A stretch of 25,202 nucleotides of DNA from a virus (lineage: Duplodnaviria; Caudoviricetes), in the IMG/VR virus record IMGVR_UViG_3300020417_001805, positions 1 through 25,202 of that record, one strand, 5' to 3'. The translations under genes were made by a program, and so were the position numbers. Below, piece by piece: positions 16,198 through 25,202 of the stretch; position 1 is the first letter of the stretch; each line of letters begins with the position of its first letter. The notes under the pieces are model-generated. The model saw only the letters and a program-made list of their open reading frames with translations, had not been told where the DNA came from and did not search any database.

Positions 16198-17766
16198 ATG
16201 TCTGCGTTTGTCACAGATCAATTTAGAATATTGACTACAAATACATTTGTAGATTCTATAACTAATGAGACTGATTTCTACTATATGTTTGTTGGGTTGG
16301 CAAATCCAGCAACTGCAGGATATGGTAGAAATACTAATTGGGATGATGGATCAACTGCGAATTCATCCTTACCAAATCCTATAGATAACTTTGATTATCT
16401 GAGTCATTATGGATCTACAATTCTTTATGGAAAAAGAATAATTCCTCAGAATGTTAGGCGTTGTATCCGAAAAATTGAATGGAAACAAGGTAGAACATAT
16501 GATATGTATCGTCATGATTATAGTGTAAATAATCCAACGGTAGTTACGGATAGAAATAGGTTATATGATTCTAATTATTATGTTATAAATGAAAGCTTCC
16601 AGGTTTACGTTTGTATTAGTAATGGATCTAGTGGAATTAATACTAGCGGAAATGAGTCACAACATGAACCAACATTTACCGATTTAGAACCATCGGCTGC
16701 AGGAACGTCTGATGGATATCTTTGGAAATATTTGTTTACAGTTCCTCCTAGCGATATTATCAAGTTTGATTCTACTGAATTTATCTCATTACCAAATGAG
16801 TGGAGTACTTCTACCTCAACTCAAATTGCAAATATTAGGAATAATGGTGACTCTACCTTAAATAATAATCAAATAAAATTTGTTTATATTGAAAATAGAG
16901 GTGAGGGTGGATATAGATCTGGTGAGGTAGATATTTATGGTGATGGTAGTGGTGCAAGAGTCTTTATTGAGGTGAATGAAAATAACCAGATTACTAAAAC
17001 TACAGTAACTTCTGGAGGATCTGGATATACCTATGCAGTTGTAGATTTAAGTTCTCTTCAGTTACAACAAACCTATGCAGTTCCTGCAAAATTAGTTCCA
17101 ATTATCCCACCATCTAGAGGTCATGGATATGATATCTATAGAGAATTAGGTGCAGACAAAGTTCTTGTATATAATAGATTTGATGATTCTACTAAAGACT
17201 TTCCAATAGATAGCAAATTTGCTCAGATTGGTATTTTAAAGAATCCAACTAAATTTATATCTACAGATTCTTACACAGCGTCTACTTTTACAGGAACTTA
17301 TTCATTAAAACTTAATTCAGTAAGTGGAGATCCTATTATTGGTGAAAGGATTACCCAATCCGTAACAGGTGGAACCGCAAGAGGCTACGTTGCATCATAT
17401 GATAAAACAACAAAAATTTTAAAATATTTCCAAGATAGATCATTATATTATAATGAAACAACTTACGATTTGACAGATAGTTCCAATGTTGGTGCTAGAT
17501 CGCAATCTGCCCCATTAAGATTCAGTGGAACTAATAATATAACTGGTGATGATAGTAACTTTACTGGAACAATTAATACCAATTTTACAGGTATTACTAC
17601 CACGGTAAACAATACTTTGATAAATCTAGACGTTAATATTACAAATGGTCTTGCTAATCCTGAAATAAATAAAACATCTGGCGATATTATTTTTATTGAT
17701 AACAGACCCTTGGTAACAAGGAACTCTAGACAAAAAGAAGATATCAAAATTATTCTAGAATTTTAA
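16198..17766 (+). CDS. gp8: Baseplate wedge subunit gp8
   Basis: 522 aa with MSAFVTDQFRI start, YDMYRHDYS, YYVIN..FQVYVCISN, DGYLWKYLFTV and C-terminal IIFIDNR...R...QKEDIKIILEF, matching T4-like gp8. Follows gp7. Confidence 0.93.
   Translation: MSAFVTDQFRILTTNTFVDSITNETDFYYMFVGLANPATAGYGRNTNWDDGSTANSSLPNPIDNFDYLSHYGSTILYGKRIIPQNVRRCIRKIEWKQGRTYDMYRHDYSVNNPTVVTDRNRLYDSNYYVINESFQVYVCISNGSSGINTSGNESQHEPTFTDLEPSAAGTSDGYLWKYLFTVPPSDIIKFDSTEFISLPNEWSTSTSTQIANIRNNGDSTLNNNQIKFVYIENRGEGGYRSGEVDIYGDGSGARVFIEVNENNQITKTTVTSGGSGYTYAVVDLSSLQLQQTYAVPAKLVPIIPPSRGHGYDIYRELGADKVLVYNRFDDSTKDFPIDSKFAQIGILKNPTKFISTDSYTASTFTGTYSLKLNSVSGDPIIGERITQSVTGGTARGYVASYDKTTKILKYFQDRSLYYNETTYDLTDSSNVGARSQSAPLRFSGTNNITGDDSNFTGTINTNFTGITTTVNNTLINLDVNITNGLANPEINKTSGDIIFIDNRPLVTRNSRQKEDIKIILEF
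17665..17671 (+). promoter_or_regulatory. Putative intragenic late promoter ATAAATA for the VrlC-like gene
   Basis: Within gp8 codons E-I-N-K, about 100 nt upstream of ATG 17770. Confidence 0.5.
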
Positions 17767-17769
17767 AAA

Positions 17770-20700
17770 ATGGCACAAAAAACAAACTTTAACATCAATC
17801 CTTATTTTGATGATTTTGATGCTGAAAAGAATTTTTATAAGGTTCTTTTTAATCCTGGTAGACCTATTCAGTCTAGAGAATTAAATACGATTCAATCGAT
17901 TTTACAAAATCAAATTGAATCTTTTGGCAGTCATGTATTTAAAGAAGGATCTAAAGTTATACCCGGAAGCATACATTATGACTCCGCTTATAGTGCCGTT
18001 AAAGTAAATCCAACATCATTTGGAATTGAAATTTCACAATACATTGATAAATTTATTGGTAAGAGAATTCAGGGACAGGCTTCTGGATTGCGTGCCGTTA
18101 TTAAAAATGTTGTACTTCCAAATAACGATATTTCGGATATCACACTCTATGTAAAGTATCTAGAGTCTGGTGATACTCTTTCTGGTGGAACTTTTATAGA
18201 TGGAGAGTCTCTACTCTCAACTGAAGATATTTCTTATGGTATTAATAATGTAATTATTACTGCAGGATCACCATTTGCATCATTACTTTCAAGTGATGCA
18301 ACTGCAACAGGATCTGCAGTATCTATTGATAATGGCATTTACTTCATTAGAGGTAGTTTTGTATCTGTTTTAAAACAAACATTAATTCTTGATTACTATT
18401 CAAAGTTTCCTTCATATAGAGTTGGATTAAATGTCAATGAAAAGATTGTAACTGCAAAATCTGACAAATCTCTTTATGATAATGCAAAAGGATTTAATAA
18501 TTTTTCATCACCTGGAGCAGATAGATTTCAAATTGAACTCACTCTAACAAAAAAACCGCTTGGAGAATACAACGATACTAATTTCGTAGAGTTACTTAGA
18601 GTTAGAGGCGGTGTTTTAGAAAAAATTCAAGAAGTAGATAGTAATTATAATAAGATTAGAGATTATCTTGCGAAAAGAACACATGATGAGTCTGGAAACT
18701 ATACTGTAGAACCATTTGATATTTCTGTAAATAATTCATTAAATGATTATGTAGGAAATAATGGAAAATACTTTGAAGGTGATACAACATCAATGGGGAA
18801 TGATCCATCTGATGACATGATGTGTGTAACACTAGGTCCTGGAAAGGCCTATGTTAAAGGATATGATATTACTAAGACTATTAGTACAGTAATAGATGTT
18901 CCAAAAACAAGAGACACTGCAACTATTGATGATATTCTAGTCCCATTTGATATGGGAAATATTCTTAGAGTAAATAATGTTTATGGATCTCCTACATTAA
19001 AAAATACTGTAACTTTTTACGATCGTAGAAGAGGTTCTAACTCAGCTCCAACAGCTGGAAGTGAATCTATTGGAGATGCAAAAGTTTATACCTTTAAAGT
19101 ATCCGATAGTGCTTATAGTAATAATACAACTCCTTGGGATATATTTTTATATGATATAAATTTCTATACAGAGTTTACATTAGGTGCATCATTATCCTCT
19201 AGTCAAATAAAAGGAGGATCTAGAGTTGTTGGACAGAGTAGTGGTGCTATTGGATATGCAATTTCTGATGGCGATGGAACAACTACTTTAAAAATTAGAG
19301 TAGATTCTGGAAGATTTGTACAGAATGAAGTTATTCATATTGATGGTGTCTCAGAGAATAAAAGAAGTATTAAATCTTTAAGAGTATTTACTATTGCAGA
19401 TTTAAAATCTGTTTATGATAGTAGTGGAACTACAAATTTCTTTGCAGATTCAATTCTCGATAAAGTTGTCCCTCCCGGATATAGTTTTGGCGATACTGTA
19501 AGTATTGTGAGAGTTGATGATACCGAAGCGACTTTAAAATCTACAAAAGGATTTACCGGTATTTCTTCAGATACTATTGTAAGATATAATATTCCTGGAG
19601 AAACTGAGGAAATTTTTAATCGTGTTAGCGCAGTAAATGAGTTTACCCTAACATTAGTTCCTACTGATATTACTGCTGGTGTTAATTTAGGTAGAGTTCC
19701 ATCTGGTACAGATGGTAATAGTGGAACTATTGAATCTGTAAATTTTAGAATTGGTTCTTCTTCAATCAAATTCCCAGAAAGAAGTTATCTATATTCTTTA
19801 CTACCAAATAGTAATTTAGCTTCTGTTGATCTTGAAGGATCTCAACTAACATTTACATCACAAGCAATTACAAATACCACTGTTAGTGGCAATACATTGT
19901 CAATATCAACTACTGATTTTACATTACCAGGAAATTCTGGAAACATAAAATTTGATACCTTTGATCCTGAAAAGTATTCAATTATTTACGCCGATGGTAC
20001 TATACAAAGATTAGTAGATGGTCAAGTAATATTTTCAAATAATTTTACGACTGCAACATTTAACAATATTGCAAATAAAACTTTATATGCAATTAATGCT
20101 ACATTCATAAAAAGTGGTATTCAAAGTAAAACCAAAGTATACAAACAAAGTGAAACATTAGACGTAAGTTTATCTAAGTATGAGAGATCTGGAACAGATG
20201 CCAGTTCATCAAATAATGATGGTCTAACTTATAATCGTTTCTATGGATTAAGAGTTCAGGATGAAGAAATTTGTTTGCGTTATCCTGATGTAGTAAGGGT
20301 AGTTGCAGTTTATGAAGCAATTGATTCTGATGTTACTTTTGACACTCTAAATTTCTCTTCACTTTATAGTGTGGGTGATAATATTTTAGTTGGAGAAAGG
20401 GTAAGGGGTTTATCTAGTAATGCTGTTGCACAAGTTGTAGATAAAACAACTAATGGTGCAAGAATAGTTCATTTAAATACTGAAAAATTCCAATTGAATG
20501 AAGAAGTTATTTTTGAAACAAGTGATCTTAAGGCGGTAATAGAATCTACTACACCAGGATCATATAAAGATATAACATCTTCTTTCAATTTGGAAAAAGG
20601 ACATAAAGATGAATATTATGATTATTCTCGTTTAGTAAGAGTTAAAGGTCAACCAGAACCATCTAGAAAACTAAAGGTAGTATTTGATCGCTATCACTTA

Positions 20701-23700
20701 GATGATAGTGATGTTGGAGATGTTTATACTGTATCGAGTTATATTTCTGGAGATTATGGAACAACAATACCAAATGTAGGAAAATTTGGTGTTAGGGCAT
20801 CCGACATTTTAGATTTTAGACCAAGAGTTACTTATTTTAGCGGATCAACTACTTCGCCGTTCTCCGAGAATGGCAGACTTTTTGGATCTACACCAAAGGT
20901 AATTATTACACCCAATCAAGCGTCTATTATTAGTTATGATGTTTATCTTCCTAGGATTGATAAACTTTTCTTAGATCCTTCAGGAGCTTTTGCTATTGAG
21001 CAAGGAGTTCCATCTTTAGAACCAAAACAACCCAAGAAAAATACTGATGTTTTGGAATTAGCTTCAATGGTAATTCCAGCGTATGTATATGACACATCTG
21101 ATATTAGAATTGATACAATTGATAATAGAAGATATACTATGAGAGATATCGGTTCTCTCGAAACTAGAATTAGTAACTTAGAAGAAGTAACTTCACTATC
21201 TTTGCTAGAAGTTAATACACAAACACTTCAAATAAGAGATGCTGATGGATTAGATAGATTTAAAACTGGATTTTTTGCAGATTCATTCTCAAATTCATCT
21301 TTAATCAATCAAACTTTTTCTAGGTGTGAGGTTGACCTACTAGCAGGTGAGTTAACTCCCGTTAGATCTCAAAATGTAATTCCCTATAAAATTTTAACAA
21401 AAGAAAATATATCTTCAGAAACATTTGATTCATCAAAAAATTATGAATTACTTGATAGTAGAGTTAAAAAGTCTGGTCAAGTAGTAACATTAGACTATAA
21501 TTCTGTAGATTGGCATGAACAAGTTTTAGCTACTAGATCTGAAAATGTAAATCCTTTCCACGTTATTCAATATGTTGGAGATATTCGTTTAAATCCATTT
21601 AGAGATATATGGGTTAGAACTGTACAACTTTCTGATAATACTATCAGACATACATTATCTTTAAACTTAGAATCTAATATTGATACACAAAGAACTAATT
21701 TACACAATGCTGGTGGAGCAACTGCGGGAGATCAGGGATTAGGTGAAAATCAATTCAGGGATACATTCTTGAATTTGAATATGGCAACTACGAGTATTGA
21801 TACTCAAACTACAACATCATCAGATCGAGATATAGCATCTTCAATAGAAAGAACATTCGTTGATAGTAAAAAAGATCTCTTTATGAGATCTAGAAATACA
21901 CAATTCTCTTCATCCAATTTAAAAGCATTTACAAGATATTATCCATTCTTAGATGGATTTGGCAATATTGATATTACACCAAAACTAGTTGAAGTAACAA
22001 AAGACATTCTACTAACAGATAATGGAACCAATGGTGTTTTTGAAGTAGGAGAAAGGATTCAAGTCTGGAATGACGGCAATTTCATCATGTCCTTCAGGCT
22101 TGCAGCATCTAATCATAAGTCCGGACCTTATGATGATCCAATTTTAACTTATGACGTTAATCCATACAATAAGAATGAGGTTGTACCTTCTGGATATAAC
22201 CAATCATCAACTATTTTAAATATTGATACATTGTCATTATCTGATGATGGTAATGGCGAACTTTATGGAGGTTATCTAGTAAAACGTGCATTATTAATTG
22301 GAGAAAGTAGTCAGTCTACTGCTTATGTCAAAGATATTAGATTAGTATCAGATAATTATGGAGATATTATTGGTACATTCTTTATTAGAGATCCTAATGC
22401 TGTACCAGCACCACCACTAAGAGTTTCTACCGGATCTAAGACATTCAAACTCTCTTCTAGTCCTCAAAATTCTGATGGAGTTGTTGGTTCTAATGAAATT
22501 TCATCTGCAGAAGCTACTTATGTCTCAGAAGGCACAGTAAATTCTTTCCAAAATACAATTAGAATTACTGACTTAAGTGCAAACTTAACCACTAATAATA
22601 ATATTAGAACTCAAACACTAACTGCAACAAGGGGAGAATCTATAGGAACTATTGACACCCCAACTCCAATTCAAAATTTCATCACACAAGAATTTAACAC
22701 TACTAATGTAACTAATGTAACTAATATAACTAGAGTTACTAATAATATTAATCAAATTACCGAGCAACAAAGGTATAGAGATCCTCTGGCACAAACCTTT
22801 ATTGTTGGTAATACTAGAACACTCAATTCTTTACCAGATGGTAATGGAAATGATGAGAAAGGAGCTTTCTTAACTGGATTAGATTTATATTTCCAAACAG
22901 TAGATCCTGGCAATGCTCCAGTTACAATTCAAATTAGAACAACTGAATTTGGTACTCCAACACTAACTGTTATTGGAGATCCCGTAACACTTAGACCAAC
23001 TGATAGAGTAAACGGAACTACTACCATCCTTAGAGACAATGTATCTACAGATGGAACTGTAGCAACACATATTGATTTCCCATATCCAATATTCTTACCA
23101 CCAAATGATGAATATGCTATTGTTTTATTAGCACCTGAGAGCGATGAGTATAGAGTCTTTACTGCTAGAATGGGAGAAAAGACTTTAAACACTAGTACTC
23201 TTCCTGATGTTGAAAGTGTTAGATATACACGTCAGTTTGCAATTGGAAGTTTATTCAAGTCTCAAAATGGATCTACTTGGACTGCTGATCAATATGAAGA
23301 TCTTAAGTTTAAGTTATATAAGGCAGAATTTACCGAATCAGAAGGTATCTTATATCTTGGAAATGCCGATCTTTCAAGATCAAATTCTTACGAAAGAAAT
23401 TTGACTCCAAATCCATTAACAATTCTTCCAAGAAAACTTAAAGTAGGCATTGATACAATTACAGATGCTGGTTTAATATCAACATTATCTCCTGGAAGAA
23501 AGATTGGTGAAGCAGGTAGTGGTGCCAAATCTTTTGTAAGTGGTATTGTTGAATCTCGTGGAAGTCAAGCAAGTGGTGTTGGTATTGACACTGGAGGTTC
23601 TGGATACTCTGGATCATCTACAAATGTAAGCACATTTAACATTACTGGAAATGGATCTGGATTGACTGTAGATCTCAGTGTTACTAGTGGTACCGTTACT

Positions 23701-25202
23701 GGAGCTACCGTAAATTCTGTGGGGAGAGGATATCAAATTGGTGATGTAGTTGGAATTACGACTTCAGGAACTGGTTCTCTAAGTGGTAATGGAGCAAGAC
23801 TGTCTGTCACTGCAGATGGAAATAGTATTGATACTCTATACATAACTCAAGCACCCCAATCATTTACTGTCGGAAAAAATCTTGCTTATTATGATGGAGG
23901 ATCTTCTATTGGTCTGGGACTTACTAATATCGTTAGTAGTGCCACATACGATGGATACTATACTGGTGATTACATGAAGGTTAATCATTTTGATCATGGA
24001 ATGAATTCTTCAAATAATGTCCTTAAGATTTCTGGTGTAACTCCCGATACTTCTGTTGTTAAAATGACTTCAGATTTAAGCAGAACTGCACAAGCAATCA
24101 GTATCGACTCAAATGATATATCCAAATTTGAAACTTTTGAAGGTCAAGCAGTAAGTTCTACAAATCCTGGATACTTAGTTATTAACAATGAACTTGTTAC
24201 TTATACAAGTGCAACAGGATCTGAAATTGGTGGTGTAACTAGAGGAACAGGAGGTACAGTTGCTGTTGCACATGCTAGTGGATCTTCAATACAAAAATAT
24301 GAAGTTGGTGGAGTATCATTGAGAAGAATTAACACTATACATGATATTGCAGATACTGGACTTGATTTAGATTCTTACTATATCAAAGTTCCCTCAGGAG
24401 CAACTAATAGGGAAGGAGATGATGTTGGATTATCTAGATCTATAGATAGTGCAACCTATGGTCAAATACTATCTTTCAATTCCGAAACATCTGTTGGAGG
24501 TGGCAATATATTCATTAGTGAGAATGTAATATATGACACTGTAAATCCATTGATTTCTGCTATAATACCAGGAGCATCTGCTCAAGTAACAGCACAAGTT
24601 AGAACTATTACCGCTACTAGTGTGAGTGGATCTGAAGTATCATTCGTAGATCAACCTTATACTGATGTTGTTCTGAATCGTCCAAATAATCTGAATTCAT
24701 TACGGATGATTGCATCTAAACCAAATGCAGATGAATTTTTGACAGACATTCCTAGAAATAGATCTAGTATTCTTGGATTAAGACTTGCTACCGCTGACTA
24801 TAAATTATCTCCAATGGTATTCATAGATAATATCTCTGCTGAGTACTCTAAGCATAGAATTAATAATCCAATTAGTGATTATGTTCAAGATAATAGAACT
24901 GCCTCTATATCAGATGATCCACATGAAGCAATGTACATTTCTAAAACTGTAAGATTACAACAACCTTCAAATACACTAAGAGTTTTAGTAAATGCGAACA
25001 GAAGTGAGTCTGCTGATTTTAGAGTTATGTATTCTCTAATTAGACCTGAAGTTAGATCTGCATCTCCTAATTTTGAAATGTTCCCAGGTTATGATAACTT
25101 GGGTGTAGATTTAGACACTGATGGATATCTAGATGTCTTAGATCCTTCTAAGAATAGTGGATTACCTGATGTATATACTCCAAGTACTACAGAAAATCAG
25201 TT
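17770..25202 (+). CDS. vrlC: VrlC-like / DUF4815 large virion structural protein, 3'-truncated (>2477 aa)
   Basis: ATG 17770, frame +1, apparently open to the window end, which explains its absence from the ORF track. Translates as MAQKTNFNINPYFDDFDAEKNFYKVLFNPGRPIQSRELNTIQSILQNQIESFGSHVFKEGS..., with PGADRF, LAKRTHDESGNY, LDFRPRV, YLPRIDK, NRRYTMRDIGSLETRI, DRFKTGFFADSF, DPLAQTF and GSLFKSQNGSTW, which I recognise as VrlC-family motifs. Follows gp8 as in cyanomyophages. Confidence 0.9.
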   Translation, partial: MAQKTNFNINPYFDDFDAEKNFYKVLFNPGRPIQSRELNTIQSILQNQIESFGSHVFKEGSKVIPGSIHYDSAYSAVKVNPTSFGIEISQYIDKFIGKRIQGQASGLRAVIKNVVLPNNDISDITLYVKYLESGDTLSGGTFIDGESLLSTEDISYGINNVIITAGSPFASLLSSDATATGSAVSIDNGIYFIRGSFVSVLKQTLILDYYSKFPSYRVGLNVNEKIVTAKSDKSLYDNAKGFNNFSSPGADRFQIELTLTKKPLGEYNDTNFVELLRVRGGVLEKIQEVDSNYNKIRDYLAKRTHDESGNYTVEPFDISVNNSLNDYVGNNGKYFEGDTTSMGNDPSDDMMCVTLGPGKAYVKGYDITKTISTVIDVPKTRDTATIDDILVPFDMGNILRVNNVYGSPTLKNTVTFYDRRRGSNSAPTAGSESIGDAKVYTFKVSDSAYSNNTTPWDIFLYDINFYTEFTLGASLSSSQIKGGSRVVGQSSGAIGYAISDGDGTTTLKIRVDSGRFVQNEVIHIDGVSENKRSIKSLRVFTIADLKSVYDSSGTTNFFADSILDKVVPPGYSFGDTVSIVRVDDTEATLKSTKGFTGISSDTIVRYNIPGETEEIFNRVSAVNEFTLTLVPTDITAGVNLGRVPSGTDGNSGTIESVNFRIGSSSIKFPERSYLYSLLPNSNLASVDLEGSQLTFTSQAITNTTVSGNTLSISTTDFTLPGNSGNIKFDTFDPEKYSIIYADGTIQRLVDGQVIFSNNFTTATFNNIANKTLYAINATFIKSGIQSKTKVYKQSETLDVSLSKYERSGTDASSSNNDGLTYNRFYGLRVQDEEICLRYPDVVRVVAVYEAIDSDVTFDTLNFSSLYSVGDNILVGERVRGLSSNAVAQVVDKTTNGARIVHLNTEKFQLNEEVIFETSDLKAVIESTTPGSYKDITSSFNLEKGHKDEYYDYSRLVRVKGQPEPSRKLKVVFDRYHLDDSDVGDVYTVSSYISGDYGTTIPNVGKFGVRASDILDFRPRVTYFSGSTTSPFSENGRLFGSTPKVIITPNQASIISYDVYLPRIDKLFLDPSGAFAIEQGVPSLEPKQPKKNTDVLELASMVIPAYVYDTSDIRIDTIDNRRYTMRDIGSLETRISNLEEVTSLSLLEVNTQTLQIRDADGLDRFKTGFFADSFSNSSLINQTFSRCEVDLLAGELTPVRSQNVIPYKILTKENISSETFDSSKNYELLDSRVKKSGQVVTLDYNSVDWHEQVLATRSENVNPFHVIQYVGDIRLNPFRDIWVRTVQLSDNTIRHTLSLNLESNIDTQRTNLHNAGGATAGDQGLGENQFRDTFLNLNMATTSIDTQTTTSSDRDIASSIERTFVDSKKDLFMRSRNTQFSSSNLKAFTRYYPFLDGFGNIDITPKLVEVTKDILLTDNGTNGVFEVGERIQVWNDGNFIMSFRLAASNHKSGPYDDPILTYDVNPYNKNEVVPSGYNQSSTILNIDTLSLSDDGNGELYGGYLVKRALLIGESSQSTAYVKDIRLVSDNYGDIIGTFFIRDPNAVPAPPLRVSTGSKTFKLSSSPQNSDGVVGSNEISSAEATYVSEGTVNSFQNTIRITDLSANLTTNNNIRTQTLTATRGESIGTIDTPTPIQNFITQEFNTTNVTNVTNITRVTNNINQITEQQRYRDPLAQTFIVGNTRTLNSLPDGNGNDEKGAFLTGLDLYFQTVDPGNAPVTIQIRTTEFGTPTLTVIGDPVTLRPTDRVNGTTTILRDNVSTDGTVATHIDFPYPIFLPPNDEYAIVLLAPESDEYRVFTARMGEKTLNTSTLPDVESVRYTRQFAIGSLFKSQNGSTWTADQYEDLKFKLYKAEFTESEGILYLGNADLSRSNSYERNLTPNPLTILPRKLKVGIDTITDAGLISTLSPGRKIGEAGSGAKSFVSGIVESRGSQASGVGIDTGGSGYSGSSTNVSTFNITGNGSGLTVDLSVTSGTVTGATVNSVGRGYQIGDVVGITTSGTGSLSGNGARLSVTADGNSIDTLYITQAPQSFTVGKNLAYYDGGSSIGLGLTNIVSSATYDGYYTGDYMKVNHFDHGMNSSNNVLKISGVTPDTSVVKMTSDLSRTAQAISIDSNDISKFETFEGQAVSSTNPGYLVINNELVTYTSATGSEIGGVTRGTGGTVAVAHASGSSIQKYEVGGVSLRRINTIHDIADTGLDLDSYYIKVPSGATNREGDDVGLSRSIDSATYGQILSFNSETSVGGGNIFISENVIYDTVNPLISAIIPGASAQVTAQVRTITATSVSGSEVSFVDQPYTDVVLNRPNNLNSLRMIASKPNADEFLTDIPRNRSSILGLRLATADYKLSPMVFIDNISAEYSKHRINNPISDYVQDNRTASISDDPHEAMYISKTVRLQQPSNTLRVLVNANRSESADFRVMYSLIRPEVRSASPNFEMFPGYDNLGVDLDTDGYLDVLDPSKNSGLPDVYTPSTTENQ
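22702..22746 (+). repeat. Degenerate 9-bp tandem repeat encoding TNV-TNV-TNI-TRV-TNN
   Basis: ACTAATGTA ACTAATGTA ACTAATATA ACTAGAGTT ACTAATAAT, in frame in the VrlC-like gene just before DPLAQTF. Confidence 0.8.

Noticed and set aside
17758-17775. Programmed frameshift or readthrough fusing gp8 and VrlC at TTT-TAA-AAA
   Set aside because: The genes are already in frame, the +1 frame closes after about 40 codons, TAA is a strong stop, and both proteins have family-typical termini.
22696-22731. Clustered N-x-T sequons as N-glycosylation sites
   Set aside because: They follow automatically from the TNV repeat, and no N-glycosylation machinery is visible in the window.
3354-23404. Short ORFs nested in gp7, gp8 and VrlC (e.g. 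7089-7352, 9977-10192, 12572-12778, 19413-19769, 22929-23192, 23207-23404)
   Set aside because: Alternative-frame or antisense by-products of codon bias, with unnatural composition and no initiation signals.
3127-25202. Intein, intron or diversity-generating retroelement as the cause of the giant ORFs
   Set aside because: I saw no intein splice motifs, homing endonuclease, reverse transcriptase or near-identical TR/VR nucleotide repeat pair. Size is explained by diverged protein modules. A self dot-plot would confirm this.
1-25202. tRNA, rRNA, CRISPR arrays, IS elements and intrinsic terminators
   Set aside because: Intergenic gaps are all under 45 nt and show no such structures. No GC-rich hairpin followed by a U-tract was seen at gene ends.

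Overview
AT-rich, fully + strand, densely coding window from a T4-like myovirus, most likely a marine cyanophage (Kyanoviridae-type). It holds the baseplate module in the usual cyanomyophage order: a 5'-truncated hypothetical gene, a small 60-aa ORF, gp25, gp6, a giant 4345-aa gp7, gp8, and a VrlC/DUF4815-like virion protein. The VrlC-like gene starts at 17770, runs off the window (>2477 codons) and is absent from the supplied ORF track. The most notable unexplained signal is a compact cis-regulatory candidate at 527-593: a late-promoter motif, then an H-type pseudoknot that is mutually exclusive with a hairpin sequestering the Shine-Dalgarno of the 60-aa ORF. Other observations are ATAAATA late-promoter motifs hidden in Ile-Asn codons near gene ends, a 14-bp palindrome before gp25, a Met-Val minigene before gp8, and a nested modular architecture in gp7. 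All family assignments come from motif recognition and synteny; no searches or folding programs were run.
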